Below, piece by piece: positions 57,361 to 64,000 of a DNA stretch of 64,000 bases. Every line of letters starts with the position of its first letter. The stretch's first letter is position 1. The translations under genes and the position numbers were made by a program. The DNA is from Auanema rhodensis (lineage: Eukaryota; Animalia; Nematoda), in NCBI GenBank assembly GCA_964057225.1, contig OZ059895.1:4464001-4528000 (forward strand), given 5' to 3'. A model generated the notes under the pieces. It saw only the letters and a list, made by a program, of their open reading frames with translations. It made no database searches and was not told the origin of the DNA.

Positions 57361-60300
57361 TTAATGGTTTTTTCTTGATGGTAGCCAATTTGTATCCGAA
57401 AGGTCTTCTGGTTCGTCATAAGAGTCTTCATCGTTGTTGTTTCCGTTGATAACCTCTATGATTTCAATATCGCTGTCATCGTCTGAGCTGTCTGTACGTG
57501 TACTGGGCTTATGTGCGATTCCGTCATCTGTTTCTCGATTAAATAATTTGAGATTGTCCTTGTGAACGTCTTGGATCTTTCCGAAAAGGTTTTTGATTTG
57601 AACCATGTTTCCCTTCACATTAATAACTTCAAATGGTCCATCATAAGCTTTCCGAAGCTTTTGTCCTGGCTTGTGCATTTTCACAGCTAACATAACGCAG
57701 TCTCCTTCTTGTATATCTCTTTCGTGAGTGCGTAATCGAGCATCATGTTTCTTTTTTGCTAATTCTTGATGCTTTTCCAAATTTTCTTGAATGATTGTTT
57801 TCTGTTTGCTTCGGATTTTCTCAATATTTTCAACCTCCTTTGAAATTTCCTTTGGTTCAGTTGTTTCGGGGTATAAATCTTTATCCAATCTCAAACGGCT
57901 TTCTTTCCCGAATAGTACAACGTATGGTGATATTCCTGTGGTTGCATGCGTTGTGGTGTTCAATGCAAAGGTAATTTTTGGCAAAAACATGTCCCAATCA
58001 GTGACATCTTCGTTGAGATAATGTGTGAGTCCTTCTTCTAACGTTCTATGAAGTCTTTCTACTTGTCCATTGGAATTCTTCTGATGTGGGAGTGTTGATT
58101 CATGTTTGATACCGAGTTTTTCGCACATGTCTTCAAATTTCCTTGATAGGAAGTTGGAACCGCGGTCTGTTATTAAGCGGTTCGGTGGTCCATAGACATA
58201 TACAAAGTTTCTGAGGAATCTATCAATGACAACTTCACTAACAATTGTTGGTATGGCGATAGTTGTAGCCCATTTGGAGAAAGAGTCTTGTATTGTGAGG
58301 ACATAGCTGTTGTTCCTTTTTGATGTTGGGAATGGTCCCATGATATCCATATGTATTCTCTCAAATGGTTTTGATGGTATGTTAAATTGACCCATCGGTT
58401 GTACGGTCATAGCATGAGGATCTTTCTTTCGTTGTGCACATTTGATGCACTGTTTTACGTATTTTGCTATGTCGTTCTGCATGTTAGTCCAGGAAAATCT
58501 TCGTAATATGGCTTCTTTTGTTTTGTTGATTCCTTGATGCGCCCCGATTGTTGGGTCTTCATGAAATTCTTCAATGATTTTGTTAATTATATCACTATCC
58601 GATGGCAATATTAACGCTGGATGAGGTCTTTTGACGCTTGGTTTTGTGTAGAGTAAGTTGTTTATAACACAATAACGGTCATTTTGAATCATATTTTTCT
58701 TCGTTCTGTATTCAATCTCAGCTATTGTTCTCTTGATCCAAGGAGTATTTTGTTGGATTGAGCTGAATTCTGGTAACTTCACAACATTTACTTGTTGTGT
58801 CTCAATTTTCTCTTTCGAATTCGTCTTTTGTTTCTTGTTCGACGTCTTTGGATCGTTAGCTTCATCTCCAATGTATCTAGAGAGTGCGTCACAGACTTTG
58901 TTTAATCTGCCTTCTCGATATTTGATCTCAATATCGTATTCCTGTATGACCAATTGGAACTTTGCTAGTCTTCCAAATAGGTCTCTTCTAGTTAGTAAGC
59001 TTGTCAATGGGCGATGATCGGTGATGCAAATTGAATGTGATCCAAGTATGTATGTTCGAAACTGTGCTAGAGCGTAAACTAAGCCTAAGGCTTCTATCTC
59101 TATGGGAGCATAGTTACGTTCTGCTTTTACTAATTTCCTACTTGCGAAAGCAATTGGATGTAAGTTCTTGAATGGTTCGTTTGGATCTTCGGGCTGCAGT
59201 AATACTGCGCCTATGATGTTGCTGCCATCACTTTCAATGATGAAAGTTCGGTCTGATCGTGGTGGTTTCAGTACCGGTGCTTCGATTAGTCGTTCCTTTA
59301 GCTTATCTAGTGAACGTTGACATTCGCTAGTCCAATTGAAGTCTGCGTCTAGCTTAGTAAGGTCATACAGCGGACTTGCTATATGTGCAAAATCTTTAAT
59401 AAATTTTCTAAAGAATCCGACCATTCCTAAGAATGCTCTTACTCCTGTGGGTGTTTGAGGAGCAGGGTAATCGCGGATGGCGGAAACTTTCTGTTGATCG
59501 GGCTTAACTCCGTCTCTTCCGACAATGAGTCCGAGAAATTTCACTTCTGGTCTTGCAAATGAACATTTCTTGAGTTTAATCTTAAATCCTAGTCTTTCTA
59601 CAGCGAGTAATACTTCTTTGATGTCTTCGAGGTGTTGTTCTGCGCTGTCTGATATGACTAGTAAATCGTCCAAATAGACAAATAGTCGGCATTTACATTT
59701 ACTTTGGAGATATCTCACGGCTGTTTGAAAGGTATGTGGCGCACCACATAATCCCATAGGCATTCTCCTGTACTGATAAGTCCCACTATTGGTGGTAAAG
59801 GATGTGAGTGGTCTATCCTTCTTCAATAATGGTATTTGGAAAAAGCCAGAAACAAGATCAAAATTAGAAAAGTATTGTGATCCAGCCGCTAAGTCAATGA
59901 TATCAGAGATGTTAGGAATCACATATGTCTGTTTTCTTGTAACGTTATTTAAGGCTCGGAAATCCGTAACGAAACGGAATGTTTCGTCTTTTTTCTTAAC
60001 GAGAACGACAGGGCTGTTGAACAAAGATGTCGATCGTTCTATTATCCCTTGCTCGAGCATTTCTTGGACTTGTTTTTCTACCTCTTCTTGTTTCCCGAGA
60101 GGTATACGTGAAATTCGTGGCTTTGGCATATCCATATCCGTTCGTAGTGGTATCTTGTGTTCTACTGGTCCTTTGAACAATCCTATCTTTTTATCTTCAT
60201 TGAGGAATGCCTTCTTACGCTGACGAATGATGTTTCGTAGTTCGTCTTTTTGTCGTTGCGTAAGATCAGCCTCTTTTAGGTCAAGTTCTTTCATGAAATC

Positions 60301-63300
60301 ACCAGGGAAGTGAGGTAATTTGCCTTCCCAGTCTGCTTCTGGTGGAATATAGTCGTACTGTTGTTCTGTTGAGAAGATTTCATAGTCCGGTATAGATCCT
60401 ATTTCGGCTTCTGCAATCACAGTGCCGGCCGGTATTTCTATGAATTCTTTAGAATTGTTCCGGAATTGGATATTGATGGAGTTAACATCGCGAAATGCTG
60501 TGTCGTATCGAGGTGAGAGAGGAGTATTGTCGTTTGGTTTAATCATAGCGATTAAGTCTTCTCCGATTGGGTTCTCTAATTGGACTTGGAAATTAAAAAC
60601 TTGTCGAGGAAGTAGACTCCGCGGCTCCAAGGTTATCAAATTAACAGTTTTTGATATCCTGTTAATATCCCCGTTAATTCCGCTAGCCAAAGGTACTACA
60701 TGATTTCCAATTTCCAGTGTTCTTTTGTATGGTCTTAGTTTCATGCCAATGTTTTGACAGTCAAGTGTTTTCATGAAATCTAATCCAATCAACGCTGGCG
60801 ATGGACAGTCTTTGTCGTCTGATATGAAGAATGTATGGTCGATTTCGTAACCGGCTATTTCGACGGTTAAGTCGATAGTACCAATGAATACAAATTCTGA
60901 TCCGTTCGCTGTTGTTGCTCTTAATGTATTCTTCTTAACAAAGTCATTCAAAGCTAAGTAGTGTAGTGTCGATATTCTTATGTAACTGACGGACGAACCT
61001 GAGTCCCATAAAGTTAGGATCAGTCTATCATTAACAGTCATCCATAGAAGTGGTAGTGCTTGATCTTTCTTTTTGGAAATCGAGCAAACTAATGGTAGTG
61101 CGATTGGTATGAATGTGAGCATTGATGGATAGTATTGTTTCATTATGTGTCTTGGAATCGGTTGATCCGGATGACTAACTAATTCCAAAGTTTCTTCGTA
61201 TGTTGGTAGATCACTGTCGTGATCTTTGAGTGCAATATGCATAACTGGTATGCCTACTGGTTTGAAGAAATAGATCTTTACAATGAAACCTATCACAAAG
61301 AGTATGATGGTAAATAATGTAATTGCACCGATCGTTATTAGTGTTCGCTCAATCGTTCCTGCAATTGTATCGATGAATGACTTCCATGTGCTCTTGGTGA
61401 ATTCTTGAGCTTTCGATATGTAGTCGCTACTTTTCTTTAGTACACTGAATGTAGCTGATATCTTTGGATCATTGTGAATTGTGTGAAGAACGTGATTCTG
61501 ACGAATCGATGCTAAACTCGCACCGTAAGCTATGGCTGTGGTCATTGAGTATACACGAGACGATAAATTAGTGTATAAGTGAGCTCCGGTGAATTTTAAT
61601 GGTGTTATTTTTTCGTGATGAAGTCCGTCCCACATTGATACAAGACTGACGTCTGCAGTCCCATTAATTCCTTTCCATTCACCTTCGCTAGACCAGATAT
61701 CTGTTGGTACGTGATCACAGCTTATTTCTTTACCATGAGGTAAAAGATCCTTGGATCCGGGTGCTGCAAACAGTAACTGTCCGTCTTGTGTCCAGACTGG
61801 GGTTTCGAGATAGCATGTGCCATTTACGGTGTGATTGTGATAAATGGTTTTCTCTAGCACTGTAGGGCATACATGTATATGCAAAATTTCATTGCCTACA
61901 AACCGTGCGGCTATATCTTCTCTTCCCAGTATTGTTCGCATTGCGATTGTTGGTTCAATTTGTAGAATTGATTTCCATAATTCCAGATACCGATTTTGTA
62001 TCTCGCAAATCGATTCGTATGATTCTTCAAAATGTTTCTGCAATTCCTCTTGGATCATTGTAGTAGCATACTGTAAATGATCTTGGGCTATTTTGTTCGA
62101 TATATTTTGACGAAACTCTTGTACCGAGTCAATTTTCGTTGCTATGTATCTCGCATTTGCTTCCACTAAATTTGAGGTTTCTACTGATGGTGTTGAAGAA
62201 GCTCGGTTTTTTCGAATCAATGTTGGAGAGGCTTCGGTTGTCTCTTGTATTTTTGGAATCTGTGCGTCTTTGTATATGGCATAGCTTCTTGTTGTTGTTG
62301 GCGAACGAGCGGTTGATGTTGTGGTGCGTGCTGTTGTCGCAGCGGTCGTGTGAGGCGCCGTTGTTGATGGCTGTTGCTTCCATGATGGTGCTCTTGTGGT
62401 GGTTGATGCATTTGTGTGAGGATTGTTCGTTATTTGCGGCTGTATTGTGGTAACTGATTGGATTGTTCCCTTCTGTTCGATCAAAGGTTGGACTGGTGTC
62501 ACAACCGCGCCGCTAGCCGCGCCGCCTGCAGCGACGCTAGCCGCGCCGCCTGCCGCGACGCTGGATGTCCGTGTTGCGATTTGCCGAAAATTTGTTTCAT
62601 TTTCCTCTGCCATTAAGATTTGAAGTTGTTCTTGTGTTATCCTACTTGATGTATAAGGTGTTTTTACATTATTGAGCAGGGGTAAAAATATTTCCAATAA
62701 TAATTTCTTTGAAAGATTGCTGGGCTTGATCAGCTTAGGGTGTGGACCGATCGGTATTCCATAATTATTCTTCCTGTCATAAAATAGTTTATCTGTATTT
62801 GGCATGAATTGTCGTGATGCTGGCAATTTTATAAATTTTCTGTCATCAATAAATGCTGCAGTTTTATTCCATCGTACTGTTGTGAGGGTTTTTAGTTCTC
62901 TTAGTAAATTGATCGTTGCCTTAATGAATTCGCTTTTCTTCTGTTCCTCGTCAGTTAGTATACGTTTCCTTATTGGTGGCATTTGTATGAACGTTTGTAG
63001 GACTTCTTGTCGTGATGGAACTGTCAGTCCTTCTTCAATTATAACTGGTGTATTGGTTAAATTGAGAGCTATGCTTTCAATTCGTTCGCGATATGAACCT
63101 TCTTTCTTCCTTATGATTTCATCGAATTCGATTACTGTCAAACGATCTGATATTTGTTCGAGAAGCTGTTCAGATGTTAAGTATGATATTGCTGCCTTTG
63201 TAGTAATGGCTAATTCTCTTTGTGCTATATAATATAGCAGAGCTTCTTCTTTATCACTGAAATCGTATTGCTTGAGAAAATGTCGAACAGAATGTTCATT

Positions 63301-63999
63301 TATTTGAATTCTGAAGAAAAATTCGAATTTTTCTTTATGTGATGTTATCCATGCCTTTAGAGAGTATGTTGGATCTACTAAACGTCTTCCTTTGATTATA
63401 GGAATAATTGAAGTAATACCGGGATTACTCATTAATGGTCTTAGGAAAGTATATGGACAGACGTGAAGCAATACTGTTTCATAATCTTCAACTTCGTTGA
63501 TCCGATCTTGATCCAGTGGGAAAGAACATCCTTCGGTGACTGCACGTTTTGGTCTTTTAAACGGCAGCTTTTTGAACTCTCTTTCAATAAGGGTGGTTAT
63601 ATTGTTGTCGTTTGGAAATTTAGGAAGAATGATATAATTTCCTGATGTCGTATGGAACGCTGGCTGCCTGAAGCAAGAAGAAATAGGTTTCGGAGTTGGT
63701 TTGCTCGAAAGAATAAGTGCCGATTGTGTACTAGGGATTAAAATAGTATCTTGACTAATGATAGCGTCATATGTATGCATATCGATGTAATTACAACGTG
63801 AAGCAGTGGTTTGTGGGTCCCATATTATTATTGATGTACTTGATTCACAATTACCATGATGTGCATTGCATCCTTCCGTGTTTAATATTAAGTTTGACAA
63901 TATTGTATCGTCAGGCATACGGGTCATGACTCCGCGCTCTAATATTAGACGTGACCGCTCCTCGCACGCGTCGCGGTTGAACGCGCGCGCTGGGTCATA
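57361..63999 (-). CDS. Env(gB-like)-TM-PR-RT-RNaseH-IN polyprotein, 5'-partial
   Basis: ORF track gives 57361..63927 (2188 aa). I translated the frame upstream of that Met and found no stop to the window edge (YDPARAFNRDACEERSRLILERGV-MTRMPDD), so the true start probably lies outside the window. Stop TAA at 57361-57363; no internal stops or frameshifts. Confidence 0.95.
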   Translation of the reverse strand, partial: YDPARAFNRDACEERSRLILERGVMTRMPDDTILSNLILNTEGCNAHHGNCESSTSIIIWDPQTTASRCNYIDMHTYDAIISQDTILIPSTQSALILSSKPTPKPISSCFRQPAFHTTSGNYIILPKFPNDNNITTLIEREFKKLPFKRPKRAVTEGCSFPLDQDRINEVEDYETVLLHVCPYTFLRPLMSNPGITSIIPIIKGRRLVDPTYSLKAWITSHKEKFEFFFRIQINEHSVRHFLKQYDFSDKEEALLYYIAQRELAITTKAAISYLTSEQLLEQISDRLTVIEFDEIIRKKEGSYRERIESIALNLTNTPVIIEEGLTVPSRQEVLQTFIQMPPIRKRILTDEEQKKSEFIKATINLLRELKTLTTVRWNKTAAFIDDRKFIKLPASRQFMPNTDKLFYDRKNNYGIPIGPHPKLIKPSNLSKKLLLEIFLPLLNNVKTPYTSSRITQEQLQILMAEENETNFRQIATRTSSVAAGGAASVAAGGAASGAVVTPVQPLIEQKGTIQSVTTIQPQITNNPHTNASTTTRAPSWKQQPSTTAPHTTAATTARTTTSTARSPTTTRSYAIYKDAQIPKIQETTEASPTLIRKNRASSTPSVETSNLVEANARYIATKIDSVQEFRQNISNKIAQDHLQYATTMIQEELQKHFEESYESICEIQNRYLELWKSILQIEPTIAMRTILGREDIAARFVGNEILHIHVCPTVLEKTIYHNHTVNGTCYLETPVWTQDGQLLFAAPGSKDLLPHGKEISCDHVPTDIWSSEGEWKGINGTADVSLVSMWDGLHHEKITPLKFTGAHLYTNLSSRVYSMTTAIAYGASLASIRQNHVLHTIHNDPKISATFSVLKKSSDYISKAQEFTKSTWKSFIDTIAGTIERTLITIGAITLFTIILFVIGFIVKIYFFKPVGIPVMHIALKDHDSDLPTYEETLELVSHPDQPIPRHIMKQYYPSMLTFIPIALPLVCSISKKKDQALPLLWMTVNDRLILTLWDSGSSVSYIRISTLHYLALNDFVKKNTLRATTANGSEFVFIGTIDLTVEIAGYEIDHTFFISDDKDCPSPALIGLDFMKTLDCQNIGMKLRPYKRTLEIGNHVVPLASGINGDINRISKTVNLITLEPRSLLPRQVFNFQVQLENPIGEDLIAMIKPNDNTPLSPRYDTAFRDVNSINIQFRNNSKEFIEIPAGTVIAEAEIGSIPDYEIFSTEQQYDYIPPEADWEGKLPHFPGDFMKELDLKEADLTQRQKDELRNIIRQRKKAFLNEDKKIGLFKGPVEHKIPLRTDMDMPKPRISRIPLGKQEEVEKQVQEMLEQGIIERSTSLFNSPVVLVKKKDETFRFVTDFRALNNVTRKQTYVIPNISDIIDLAAGSQYFSNFDLVSGFFQIPLLKKDRPLTSFTTNSGTYQYRRMPMGLCGAPHTFQTAVRYLQSKCKCRLFVYLDDLLVISDSAEQHLEDIKEVLLAVERLGFKIKLKKCSFARPEVKFLGLIVGRDGVKPDQQKVSAIRDYPAPQTPTGVRAFLGMVGFFRKFIKDFAHIASPLYDLTKLDADFNWTSECQRSLDKLKERLIEAPVLKPPRSDRTFIIESDGSNIIGAVLLQPEDPNEPFKNLHPIAFASRKLVKAERNYAPIEIEALGLVYALAQFRTYILGSHSICITDHRPLTSLLTRRDLFGRLAKFQLVIQEYDIEIKYREGRLNKVCDALSRYIGDEANDPKTSNKKQKTNSKEKIETQQVNVVKLPEFSSIQQNTPWIKRTIAEIEYRTKKNMIQNDRYCVINNLLYTKPSVKRPHPALILPSDSDIINKIIEEFHEDPTIGAHQGINKTKEAILRRFSWTNMQNDIAKYVKQCIKCAQRKKDPHAMTVQPMGQFNIPSKPFERIHMDIMGPFPTSKRNNSYVLTIQDSFSKWATTIAIPTIVSEVVIDRFLRNFVYVYGPPNRLITDRGSNFLSRKFEDMCEKLGIKHESTLPHQKNSNGQVERLHRTLEEGLTHYLNEDVTDWDMFLPKITFALNTTTHATTGISPYVVLFGKESRLRLDKDLYPETTEPKEISKEVENIEKIRSKQKTIIQENLEKHQELAKKKHDARLRTHERDIQEGDCVMLAVKMHKPGQKLRKAYDGPFEVINVKGNMVQIKNLFGKIQDVHKDNLKLFNRETDDGIAHKPSTRTDSSDDDSDIEIIEVINGNNNDEDSYDEPEDLSDTNWLPSRKNH
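57530..58565 (-). other. Integrase: HHCC zinc finger, DD(35)E core, GPF C-terminal module
   Basis: FHEDPTIGAH...CIKC; D at 58345-58347 (IHMDIMGP), D at 58165-58167 (TDRGSNF), E at 58057-58059 (NGQVER), with 35 residues between the second D and E; GPF at 57631-57639. An acidic tail follows; no chromodomain is evident. Confidence 0.96.
58876..59247 (-). other. RNase H domain
   Basis: IESDGS..IGAVLLQ, PIAFASRKL..AERNYAPIEIEALG, TDHRPL, N.VCDALSR. Confidence 0.95.
59518..60125 (-). other. Reverse transcriptase domain (Ty3/gypsy type)
   Basis: SPVVLVKKKDETFRFVTDFRALN, DLVSGFFQIPL, MPMGLCGAPHTFQ, YLDD (59665-59676), KKCSF, VKFLG. Confidence 0.97.
60760..61050 (-). other. Retropepsin aspartic protease domain
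   Basis: LWDSGSSVSYI (catalytic D at 61003-61005), flap TANGS, and C-terminal ALIGLDFM. Confidence 0.92.
61264..61344 (-). other. Predicted transmembrane helix (aa ~862-888 of the ORF-track protein)
   Basis: TLITIGAITLFTIILFVIGFIVKIYFF has more than 20 uncharged, mostly hydrophobic residues followed by Lys. Confidence 0.9.
62511..62562. repeat. GC-rich 24-bp tandem duplication within the ORF, encoding (SVAAGGAA)x2
   Basis: CGCTAGCCGCGCCGCCTGCAGCGA, then CGCTAGCCGCGCCGCCTGCCGCGA, then CGCT. Confidence 0.9.
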
Positions 64000-64000
64000 G

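Larger units (their letters stand above)
61264..63999 (-). other. Envelope-like region: class III (herpesvirus gB-like) fusion glycoprotein ectodomain plus transmembrane anchor
   Basis: HLQYATTMIQ...SICEIQNRYLELWKSILQIEPTIAMRTILGREDIAARFVGNEILHIHVCPTV...GTCYLETPV...ISC aligns by eye with the gB domain III/IV pattern LQFTYNHIQ...WCELQN...LW...LNP.AIA...GR.VSAR.LGDV.AVSTCVPV...GACYSRPLV...EPC. The region has many N-X-S/T sequons and an RPKR site, and ends in a hydrophobic helix. Confidence 0.85.
56968..64000 (-). mobile_element. Ty3/gypsy (Metaviridae-like) LTR retroelement with an envelope-like glycoprotein; 5' part lies beyond the right edge
   Basis: Domain order PR-RT-RNaseH-IN with a GPF motif and gypsy-type RT motifs (FVTDFRALN, DLVSGFFQIPL, MPMGL, YLDD). 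About 390 bp of AT-rich non-coding sequence follows the stop codon. The left boundary is uncertain. Confidence 0.92.

Noticed and set aside
57361-57530. Chromodomain or 3' env after integrase
   Set aside because: Only a short Asp/Ser/Glu-rich tail precedes the stop, and no downstream ORF is present.
62580-63543. Gag/capsid as the identity of the helical insert
   Set aside because: No CCHC knuckle or major-homology-like motif is present, and it lies between glycoprotein segments on the predicted luminal side. A structure search would be needed to exclude it fully.
57791-63645. Short antisense and alternative-frame ORFs overlapping the polyprotein
   Set aside because: These are shadow ORFs expected alongside a long coding frame, and none has a recognisable motif.

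Overview
Eukaryotic, AT-rich window; a nematode host is plausible from the Cer1-like Pol, but this is inference. Positions 1-56.3 kb are one head-to-tail satellite array of about 160 near-identical 351-bp monomers. Variant bases reveal local higher-order repeats and larger block duplications within it. The array stops at a 668-bp TG...CA element (56300-56967) with imperfect terminal inverted repeats and a 6-bp AGTGTA duplication on both sides, probably a solo LTR. To its right is the 3' part of a minus-strand Ty3/gypsy retroelement with one uninterrupted reading frame of more than 2200 codons, still open at the window edge. The main finding is the domain order of this polyprotein. A herpesvirus-gB-like (class III) fusion glycoprotein ectodomain and a transmembrane helix lie upstream of, and in frame with, protease, RT, RNase H and integrase. 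This Env-Pol fusion differs from the usual gag-pol-env layout. The gB-like region also carries a ~450-aa insert bounded by basic, furin-like sites. No Gag is visible in the window. All homology calls are by-eye motif comparisons; no search was run.
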